A DNA stretch of 64,000 nucleotides. It comes from Acidimicrobiia bacterium (GTDB taxonomy: Bacteria; Actinomycetota; Acidimicrobiia; Spongiisociales; ZC4RG35). The notes beneath the pieces are model-generated. The model was not told the DNA's origin, did no database searches, and saw only the letters and a program-made list of their open reading frames with translations. How positions within the stretch are numbered: position 1 is the first letter of the stretch; every line of letters starts with the position of its first letter. The stretch spans positions 2,496,001 through 2,560,000 of the forward strand of contig CBDBCY010000004.1 of assembly GCA_965203555.1 (NCBI GenBank), given 5' to 3'. Shown here in pieces: positions 37,558 through 45,420 of the stretch. The position numbers were made by a program, and so were the translations under genes.

Positions 37558-39432
37558 ATGATGCCGAGTAGATCCGAGACCATCACATTCTTGCGGGTCC
37601 GACCTGCGGAGGTGGCTACCGATGCCGTGGCCGAGGCTCGTTCCCGGGAGGGGACCACCACCCTGGAGATGGATTCTCCGGAAGTCAACGATCTACGAGC
37701 CGCCCACAAGGCGGCGGTCCTCGTTGCTGCTCGCCACGCAGACTCATCGCAGGCGCCTTGGATCGTAGAACCGCCCGAGGCGCTGCATCTGGCGAAGCTG
37801 AAGACGCCGGGATGGTTGATCACCGTGATCGACCGCGGCAGCGAAGAGATGGTGTTGGATGCTCTGGCTCGCAGCGAAGCCGCTTTCCTGCGCACGGCCA
37901 GAAGCGATGTGAAAACAGCAGCCGGTCTCTGTGATTTGCCGGGGGTGAATGCCAAAGTTTCGGTGTTCGTCGATGACGTGGAGCAGGCGGTGGGGGCCGT
38001 TTCAGAAGGAGCGCGGGACCTGCTGCTGCGAGACTGGGATGCCGAGGGGATCGGGGAACTACGTCACAATTTGGCGCCGCTCGCCCTGGTGGAACGAACC
38101 GCCCTGCCGCCTGGCTTGGAAATCGATACCGTCCGTGAAACCCTGTCTAGAAGTGCTTTCCGGGCGTGGCTCCAGCAGGTGGACGCCGCGGGAGCGGCTC
38201 GTCCCCGGTACGGGTGGGCCCCGGGACGGGCGGAGCCGGCCCCCGTTCCTTCCCAACGGTTTTCGGCGCAGTGGCCGGATTCGTGGTGGGTCGGTTCGGA
38301 GGGACCGGAAGAATTGGAAGGCGCCGCGCAGTTGCGCCCCATCCTGGAACGCTCCCTGGAGGGATCGCCGCCCACCCTGGCGGAGACCGAGATGCTGTTC
38401 GGGGCGCGTGGCGACCAGATGGAAGCGGTGGCCTGGACGGCCGACCGACTGCGCCGGCGGGCGGTCGGGGATTTGGTGACGTATGTCGTCAACCGGAATA
38501 TCAACTACACCAACATGTGCTACTTCCGGTGCGGTTTCTGCGCTTTTTCGAAAGGACCGCGCAGCCTCAACCTGCGGGGAGACCCGTATCTGATGTCCAT
38601 TGCCGAGGTCGTTCGCAGAGCCAAAGAGGCCTGGGACCGCGGGGCTACCGAGGTGACTCTCCAAGGAGGCATCCATCCGGAGTTCACCGGCGACTTCTAT
38701 GTGGCCGTGACCGAAGCGATCAAGGCGGAATTGCCCCGGATGCACATTCACGGGTTTACCCCCTTGGAGGTGTGGCAGGGAGCGGAGACTTGCGGGTCGA
38801 CGGTGAAGGACTTTCTGATCCGCCTCAGGGACGCCGGTCTGGGTACTCTTCCCGGCACCGCCGCCGAGATCCTGGACGACGATGTTCGGCGGTTTTTGTG
38901 CCCGGACAAGATCCGTACTTCCCAGTGGGCGAAGGTGATGCTGATCGCCCATGAACTGGGGCTGAAATCCACCGCCACCATCATGTTCGGGCACATCGAC
39001 CACCACCGTTCCTGGGCCAAGCACCTGGACGTGATCCGGCGGATCCAGCGGCGCACGGGTGGTTTCACCGAGTTGGTGCCGCTTCCTTTCGTTCACATGG
39101 GCGCCCCGATCTGGCTGAACGGCAAGGCCCGTCCCGGGCCGACCTGGGACGAGGTGGTGCTGATCCATGCGGTGGGACGGATTGCCCTGGACGGCTTGGT
39201 GCCCAATATCCAGGCTTCCTGGGTGAAGCTGGGGTTGGACGGGGCCGGTCGTCTTCTGGACGCGGGATGCAACGACCTGGGCGGCACCCTGATGGGGGAG
39301 ATCATTACCCGTTCGGCGGGCGCAGCCCATGGGCAGGAGATGGAACCAAGCGATTTCGAGAGGACAATCACCGCCATCGGCCGACAGGTGGGTCGCCGGG
39401 ACACCGAGTACCGTCTCTCTCTGACTGCCTAG
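37558..39432 (+). CDS. cofH: FO synthase subunit CofH with an N-terminal extension of about 250 aa
   Basis: VTYVVNRNINYTNMCYFRCGFCAF, PGTAAEIL, NIQASWVKLG, NDLGGTLM. Confidence 0.92.
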   Translation: MMPSRSETITFLRVRPAEVATDAVAEARSREGTTTLEMDSPEVNDLRAAHKAAVLVAARHADSSQAPWIVEPPEALHLAKLKTPGWLITVIDRGSEEMVLDALARSEAAFLRTARSDVKTAAGLCDLPGVNAKVSVFVDDVEQAVGAVSEGARDLLLRDWDAEGIGELRHNLAPLALVERTALPPGLEIDTVRETLSRSAFRAWLQQVDAAGAARPRYGWAPGRAEPAPVPSQRFSAQWPDSWWVGSEGPEELEGAAQLRPILERSLEGSPPTLAETEMLFGARGDQMEAVAWTADRLRRRAVGDLVTYVVNRNINYTNMCYFRCGFCAFSKGPRSLNLRGDPYLMSIAEVVRRAKEAWDRGATEVTLQGGIHPEFTGDFYVAVTEAIKAELPRMHIHGFTPLEVWQGAETCGSTVKDFLIRLRDAGLGTLPGTAAEILDDDVRRFLCPDKIRTSQWAKVMLIAHELGLKSTATIMFGHIDHHRSWAKHLDVIRRIQRRTGGFTELVPLPFVHMGAPIWLNGKARPGPTWDEVVLIHAVGRIALDGLVPNIQASWVKLGLDGAGRLLDAGCNDLGGTLMGEIITRSAGAAHGQEMEPSDFERTITAIGRQVGRRDTEYRLSLTA

Positions 39433-39444
39433 AAGCGGGCCATT

Positions 39445-39993
39445 GTGGCTTCCTATTACGAGAGTATCCCCGATCACCTGGCCACCTGGATCAAGGCCCA
39501 ATCGATGTTCTTCGTGGCCACTTCCCCCTCGGGAGACGGCGGACACATCAATCTTTCTCCCAAGGGCTTGGATACCTTCCGGATAGTCGATCCCCGGACG
39601 GTGGCCTATCTCGATCTGGTGGGCAGCGGAGCGGAGACCATTGCGCATCTGCGCCAGAACGGGCGGATAGTGGTGATGTTCTGCGGGTTCGATCAGCCCC
39701 GGAGGATCCTGCGGATCTGGGGAGAGGGCGGGGCGTTGTACCCGGGGATGGAGGAGCACTCACAGTTGGCGGCAGCGTTCCCCGAGATCCCGGGTTCCCG
39801 GTCCATAATCAGGGTGGAGATAGCGAAGGTGGGAACTTCCTGTGGGGGCGGGGTGCCGCTGATGGAGGTTGTCTCCCAGCGTGACTTTCTGCCCACCTGG
39901 GCGGATAAGAAGGGCCCCGACGCCATGTGGGAGTACCAGAAAAAGCACAACACCCACAGCCTGGACGGTCTCCCCGCCATGGACTTTGCATAG
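39445..39993 (+). CDS. Pyridoxamine 5'-phosphate oxidase-family protein
   Basis: MFFVATSP..GHINLSPKG, YLDL.GSG.ETIAH..NGR. Confidence 0.88.
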   Translation: MASYYESIPDHLATWIKAQSMFFVATSPSGDGGHINLSPKGLDTFRIVDPRTVAYLDLVGSGAETIAHLRQNGRIVVMFCGFDQPRRILRIWGEGGALYPGMEEHSQLAAAFPEIPGSRSIIRVEIAKVGTSCGGGVPLMEVVSQRDFLPTWADKKGPDAMWEYQKKHNTHSLDGLPAMDFA

Positions 39994-40107
39994 CTGCTTT
40001 ACCTCCTGCGGTTGTTCCTGGCGCTCCCTTCCCGAGCGAGAAAGGGATCACATCCCACTGTATATAACCTTTTCCCATCATTTATTATGATGTGGTAAGC
40101 TCCTTGT

Positions 40108-40374
40108 ATGAGTGGGTCATACAATGTAATAGTGGGAAACAAGGGAAGGATTGTCGTGCCGGCGGAGGCGCGCCGACGCGCCGGATTTGCCGAGGGGACA
40201 GCGTTGGTGATGTTGGAGACCCCGGGTGGTCTGGTGTTGATGACACGGGAACAACTCCGTGACCGGGTCCGCAGAGACTTGGCCGGTCTGGATTTGGTAG
40301 GCGAGCTTTTGGCGGATCGGCGCCGGGAGGCCGAGCGGGAGAATCGGGAGACTGAGCAGGAGAACACAGGATGA
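40108..40374 (+). CDS. AbrB/MazE-family antitoxin
   Basis: VGNKGRIVVPAEARRRAG..EG; AT-rich catca-N7-tgatg inverted repeat upstream. Confidence 0.88.
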   Translation: MSGSYNVIVGNKGRIVVPAEARRRAGFAEGTALVMLETPGGLVLMTREQLRDRVRRDLAGLDLVGELLADRRREAERENRETEQENTG

Positions 40375-40739
40375 GTGTGGTGCTCGATGCATCGGCGATC
40401 ATGGCATTTCTGCAGGTCGAGGAGGGTGCCGATGTGGTGGAGGAGGCGCTGGTGGGCAATCCGCGATGTGGGGCTGCCAATTGGTCTGAGGTGGCCCAGA
40501 AGGTAATGGCCGCCGGTCGCGACTGGCCGCTGGCTCGGGCATTGCTTTTCAGCCATGGGGTCCGGATCGAGCCGGTCAGCGCCGATGACGCCGAATGGGC
40601 CGCCCGCCGCTGGAGGCCCGGAGAAAATCTGTCCTTGGCTGACCGGCTTTGCCTGGCGCTTGGCGAACGCCTCGGTTTGGACGTTCTTACCGCTGACCGG
40701 TCATGGGGTTCGACCGGCCGGGTATGCCAGATCCGTTGA
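40371..40739 (+). CDS. vapC: PIN-domain VapC toxin
   Basis: VVLDASA, LSLADRLCLAL, LTADR. Confidence 0.9.
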   Translation: MSVVLDASAIMAFLQVEEGADVVEEALVGNPRCGAANWSEVAQKVMAAGRDWPLARALLFSHGVRIEPVSADDAEWAARRWRPGENLSLADRLCLALGERLGLDVLTADRSWGSTGRVCQIR

Positions 40740-41622
40740 CGGCTAAGCCGAGCGGATGCCCGATGTAGCGTATCCCGGTTTCTCCGATGCGTTTGGCGAT
40801 GACCGCGATGGCTCGAGGGTTGTTGTCGATCATCACGAAGCTGCGGTTGAGTTGCCGTGCCACGGCGCCCGTGGTTCCCGATCCGGCGAAGAAATCCAAT
40901 ACCCGGTCGCCTTCCTGCGACGAGGCCATCACGATCCTGCGTAGCACTCCTTCCGGCTTCTGAGTGGCATAGCCGGTTTTTTCTCTGCCGTTGGTGGCCA
41001 CGATCGTGTGCCACCACACGTCGGTGGGGAGTTTGCCCCGAGCCGCCTTCTCCTTGGAAACCAGGCCGGGCGCCATGTAGGGGATCCTCTCGATGGCATT
41101 CTGGTCGAAGAAGTACAAGTCGGGATCTTTCGCATAGACCAGGATGGTGTCATGTTTGGCGGGCCATTTTCTCTTGGACCGCCCGCCGAAGTCGTATGCC
41201 CAGATGATCTCGTTTATGAAGCACTCCCGGCCGAAGATCTGGTCCAGCAGCACCTTGCAGTAGTGGGCTTCCCGGTAATCGATGTGGAAATACAGGGTGC
41301 CGTCATGGGTGAGTAGCCGATGGGCCTGTCGGAGTCTCGGCTCTATAAAGTCCAGGTAGTCGTCGAAGATGTCCACATAGGAGGTTGAGCCGAGTCGGAC
41401 GGTCCGGTAACGCCGGCCTTGGAACCCGGTGCGATCTCCTTGGTCGCTGCGGGCGGTTTTCAGCGTCTCCCTTCGCTGGATCTTCCCGCTGTTGAACGGC
41501 GGATCGATGTATATGAGCCGAAAGGACTCGGCGGGCAACCGGGGCAGGATCTCCGCGTTGTCCGCACAGAACACCCAGTTGGCGTGTCCTTCCAGATCGA
41601 TGGGCGAGTCGACCATAGTCAT
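40687..41622 (-). CDS. Orphan site-specific DNA methyltransferase (beta class, N6-A/N4-C)
   Basis: YIDPPFN precedes QKPE and LDFFAGSGT; no cognate nuclease adjacent. Confidence 0.9.
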   Translation of the reverse strand: MTMVDSPIDLEGHANWVFCADNAEILPRLPAESFRLIYIDPPFNSGKIQRRETLKTARSDQGDRTGFQGRRYRTVRLGSTSYVDIFDDYLDFIEPRLRQAHRLLTHDGTLYFHIDYREAHYCKVLLDQIFGRECFINEIIWAYDFGGRSKRKWPAKHDTILVYAKDPDLYFFDQNAIERIPYMAPGLVSKEKAARGKLPTDVWWHTIVATNGREKTGYATQKPEGVLRRIVMASSQEGDRVLDFFAGSGTTGAVARQLNRSFVMIDNNPRAIAVIAKRIGETGIRYIGHPLGLAVNGSGIPGRSNPMTGQR

Positions 41623-42029
41623 GTTGAAACTAGCGGGACGGGTGGTCGCAGGATGACTTCTCCGGGATCGGGTGTCATCCAGCATCGGGGGTGTCGCGAA
41701 AAATCCTGGCCGATTGGAGTTGATTCTGTCCCATCCCCATCGCATGCTTGTATGTAGCTGAAACACCTGAAAGGATCCGATTCGACGTCGTCGGTCCGAG
41801 CCAGGGATCATAAGAGTCAACACGCCTCTTGGGCTTGATCCAACGCGTCTTGATCAACGGCAAGGTGGCGGCGGGGGCGGGCCCTGAGTGAAGAGCATCT
41901 TCCAGATTTCACAAGTTAGAGCTGCTTTTCGCGGGGAATGGGGTAGCGGCTGTTGAGAAGAGAGTTTGGCAAATCAAGCACGGCTCTCATTGACCTGGGG
42001 TGGTCGACCCTTGAGGATGGTGGGCTTCT

Positions 42030-43241
42030 TCATTTTCTTTGTTTGATAAGGCGTTTGCGGGTGGGTGGGCGGCGGTAGCGGTTGGTGCGGTGTCGTGGAG
42101 GCCGGTCGGTGGGTGGGCGGCGGAGGGTGTATTTGCCGGTTGGGGTTTTGCGTACCGTCCAGTGTTGGTCGTGGACTTTGTGGTGGCATCTGCTGCACAG
42201 AAGACACATGTTGTCCAGGTCGGTGGCACCCCCGTCTTGCCAGTGGACGATGTGATGCGCCTGGCACCAGGAGGCTTTGGCGCCGCATCCGATGCAGTGT
42301 TTGTCCCGGGCGACCAGCGCGGCCCGCTGGGAACCACTGGCCGTCCGCCGGGCCCTACCCAAATCCAACGGTACCGACGGTCCCGAGAATACGGCGGGGA
42401 GTATCTGAGCGTCGCACGCCAACTGTCGCAGGGTACGGGCGGGCAGGGGGGTTCCGTTCTCGAGGCGAGGATTGCCCAACTGTTGGCTGATCGTGTCGTA
42501 GTCGGCGATCACCAACAATCGCACGCCCTGGGAACCACCGTCTTCTCCTTCCCGAGTAAGGAGCTTGGCTATGGCGTCGGCCATCCGCTGACCCGCAGTA
42601 GCCCGATCGGTGGGGTCTTCTTTGTGCCATAGTTGTTTCATCATGTGAGACACCGCCGTCTCGACCCGGGCACCGGTGACCGGGTCGAACCTCCCGTAAA
42701 GGACGGTCATTCCGTCGTCTTGGTCGGTGGTGATCTTGGCGAACCGGCGGGAACGCTGATGCTCCAACTTCGAAACACCATCATCTCGGGAGCGTTGTTG
42801 TTCGTGTTTGCGTACCATGCGGGCGAACTTGTCAGGAGACTGGGAACGGGCACCGTCCAACAATTCGTCCTCGTTGATGGTTCCCCTCTGGTTGGCGCCC
42901 GCCAGGATACGGGCGTTGTCAGCAGAGATCTCTCCCTTTTGGAAACCTTCCCGCGTCTTGGGCAGTTCCTCCAATTCTTTGGCGGTCTCCACCTCCGACC
43001 GGGCCTTCCGACGGCCCAACAGACCGTCCTCTCGCAATATCGTTTCCACCTTCTCTGTTCCCTGCCGGCGGCGCAGTTCCGACACTGCTTGGGTGCGGAC
43101 CGCCGCCGCTTGGTTCTGGGCGCGGATGGTGGACTGTATACGCTGTTTCAGTTCTTCAACCGACGCATCCACGACCGGCATGGTGGGCGCCAGCAACTTG
43201 GCCAGGTTGGCGGACCGCCGGCGGTTGACTGCTTGTTTCAT
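42030..43241 (-). CDS. DUF222 (13E12-repeat) HNH endonuclease
   Basis: ACDA.I.PAV, LDLGRARR, RDKHCIGC, HHIVHW.DGG.TDLDN.CLLC..CHH. Start at ATG 43241. Confidence 0.9.
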   Translation of the reverse strand: MKQAVNRRRSANLAKLLAPTMPVVDASVEELKQRIQSTIRAQNQAAAVRTQAVSELRRRQGTEKVETILREDGLLGRRKARSEVETAKELEELPKTREGFQKGEISADNARILAGANQRGTINEDELLDGARSQSPDKFARMVRKHEQQRSRDDGVSKLEHQRSRRFAKITTDQDDGMTVLYGRFDPVTGARVETAVSHMMKQLWHKEDPTDRATAGQRMADAIAKLLTREGEDGGSQGVRLLVIADYDTISQQLGNPRLENGTPLPARTLRQLACDAQILPAVFSGPSVPLDLGRARRTASGSQRAALVARDKHCIGCGAKASWCQAHHIVHWQDGGATDLDNMCLLCSRCHHKVHDQHWTVRKTPTGKYTLRRPPTDRPPRHRTNRYRRPPTRKRLIKQRK

Positions 43242-43247
43242 GTGTAC

Positions 43248-43269
43248 AGTATGCACAGAGGGTGTGACA
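43248..43269 (-). promoter_or_regulatory. TGTCAC-N10-CATACT PafBC/RecA-NDp-like promoter, leaderless
   Basis: Minus strand reads tgtcac accctctgtg catact gtacac ATG. Confidence 0.55.
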
Positions 43270-43499
43270 AAACACCCCGCATATTGCTAAGTTGTGAAAA
43301 CAAACACTAAAATACCGAAAAATCTCACCCCAGAGGTCTACGGCTACCGAAAAGCACCCACCGGGCGCCAGCAAAGAAACCGGCCTCGCGGTCGGTTTGC
43401 GTTACTCGCTTTTCATCACCTTCCCCTCATCCACAACACTCTCCGAAACGTGGACACGCCCTAGTCTCCGTTAGGAAAGTTCGAATCCGGTTTACTGCC

Positions 43500-44876
43500 T
43501 TGGAGACCATCATGCTCTCATCCAAGACCCTCCTGCTCCGCAATGCAGACCGATTGGTGACCATGGATGATGACGACACCGAGATGGTGGATGGAGGGCT
43601 TTTTGCCAGGGATGGGTGGATCGAGCAGGTGGGCTCCACCTCCAGCCTCCCCGACACCGCCGATGAGGTGATCGACTGCCGGGGGCAGGTGGTGATTCCC
43701 GGACTGGTGAACACCCATCACCACTTCTTCCAAACTCTTACCCGCGCCATGGCCCAGGATGCTGAATTGTTTGACTGGCTGGTGGAGTTGTACCCCGTGT
43801 GGTCCGATCTGACACCCGACCACGTCCGGGTCTCCACTGTCACCGCCTTGGCGGAGTTGGCGCTGTCGGGTTGTACCACTGCCTTCGATCACCATTACTT
43901 CTGGCCCAACGGCTCGACCCTGGAGGATCAGGTAGAAGCGGCCGAGAAGGTGGGGATCCGCTTCCACGTCTCCCGGGGTTCAATGAGCGTGGGTCGCTCC
44001 CAGGGCGGCCTCCCGCCCGATGAGTGGGTGGAGGACGAGGAGGCCATTCTGGCCGACTGCACCCGGGTGGTGTCCCGGTATCACGACTCTTCACCGGGCG
44101 CCATGACTCAGGTGGTGATTGCTCCCTGTTCGCCTTTCACGGTGAGTCCCGATCTGATGCGGGAATCCGCCGCCTTGGCTCGCTCCCTGGGCGTGAGACT
44201 CCACACGCATCTCGCCGAGACTCTTGACGAGGAGCGGTACTGCCAGGAGTTGTACGGGATGAAACCGGTGGAGTACGCCGAGCATGTGGATTGGCTGGGC
44301 GATGATGTCTGGTTTGCCCACGCCGTCCATGTCTCGGAACGGGACATCTCGGTCATGGCGGTCACCAAGACGGGCGTCGGTCACTGTCCGACCTCCAACA
44401 TGCGCCTGTCCTCCGGCGCCGCTCCTCTGATGCGGTACTTGGAAAGTGGCGTGCCGGTGGGCTTGGGAGTGGACGGATCGGCGTCCAACGATTCCTCGCA
44501 TATGTTGGCGGAAGCTCGTCAGGCGTTGCTTGCTGCCCGGTTGGCGCGGGCCATAGAGGGCTCGAAGGCGCCGATGCTGACCGCTCGATCGGCGTTGCGA
44601 GTGGCTACCAGGGGAGGCGCCGAGGTGTTGGGAAGGACTGATATCGGGTCACTTGAAGCAGGTAAGGCTGCCGACATCGCCTGTTTTCGCACCGATGGCC
44701 TGGCCATGGCAGGCGCCCACGATCCGGTGGCTGCTCTGGTGCTCTCCGGCCCCTATCAAGCCGATCGGCTAATAGTCCACGGCCGAACCGTGGTGGTGGA
44801 AGGACAGTTGGTGGATTTGGAGATGGGGCCACACCTTGAAACCCACCGCCGGCTGGCTCTTCATCTAACCAAGTAG
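43500..44876 (+). CDS. 8-oxoguanine deaminase-like amidohydrolase
   Basis: PGLVNTHHH.FQTLTR, APCSPF, HTHLAE, CPTSNMRL, GVDGSASND. Confidence 0.85.
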   Translation: METIMLSSKTLLLRNADRLVTMDDDDTEMVDGGLFARDGWIEQVGSTSSLPDTADEVIDCRGQVVIPGLVNTHHHFFQTLTRAMAQDAELFDWLVELYPVWSDLTPDHVRVSTVTALAELALSGCTTAFDHHYFWPNGSTLEDQVEAAEKVGIRFHVSRGSMSVGRSQGGLPPDEWVEDEEAILADCTRVVSRYHDSSPGAMTQVVIAPCSPFTVSPDLMRESAALARSLGVRLHTHLAETLDEERYCQELYGMKPVEYAEHVDWLGDDVWFAHAVHVSERDISVMAVTKTGVGHCPTSNMRLSSGAAPLMRYLESGVPVGLGVDGSASNDSSHMLAEARQALLAARLARAIEGSKAPMLTARSALRVATRGGAEVLGRTDIGSLEAGKAADIACFRTDGLAMAGAHDPVAALVLSGPYQADRLIVHGRTVVVEGQLVDLEMGPHLETHRRLALHLTK

Positions 44877-45124
44877 ATGGTTCCCTGGCTCAACGCCCTT
44901 CTTAGGGAGGAGCGATGACTTTATAGCCCATGGTCCTGAGTTGTTCAATAGCAGGATCGGGTCTGCGGTTCACAGCAGCCTCCTTTAATTGGACGGCGTG
45001 GAATGAGTCCCGAGTTCTATCCAGCAACTCTTTCCATTATCTCGGGAATCTGTCGCGAACTCCTCCACTACTTGCGCGAACTCGCGAGCCGGCTTCTCGA
45101 CGTTTACAATCTTTGCGATTCCTG

Positions 45125-45334
45125 CTACTCCCTTACCATCAGCCAGGTCAGCCTGGTCCGTTCGGTCTCAAACTCGTCGGCTTCGGCTTGCTCTCTCAAT
45201 CCCTCGAAGGTATAGCCTGATTGCTCAAGAACCTCACGCATTCTCTGCTTGTAATCAGCGTGGGTCAGCAACACGATGTCGGGGACAAGCAGGCTCGTGT
45301 TCGGAGTGGCCATTCGGGTTGTTCCTTTCAGCAT
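45125..45334 (-). CDS. Small hypothetical protein
   Basis: 62-69 aa ORF with GAAAGGA before the second ATG; lower-GC patch. Confidence 0.45.
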   Translation of the reverse strand: MLKGTTRMATPNTSLLVPDIVLLTHADYKQRMREVLEQSGYTFEGLREQAEADEFETERTRLTWLMVRE

Positions 45335-45420
45335 CTATCTGACGCAGAGTGCCAAGGGGGATGTGACAGGTTGGCTGACCCACAGCCTCGGGATTTCGAG
45401 AGGGCCTGTTTGCCATGCAA

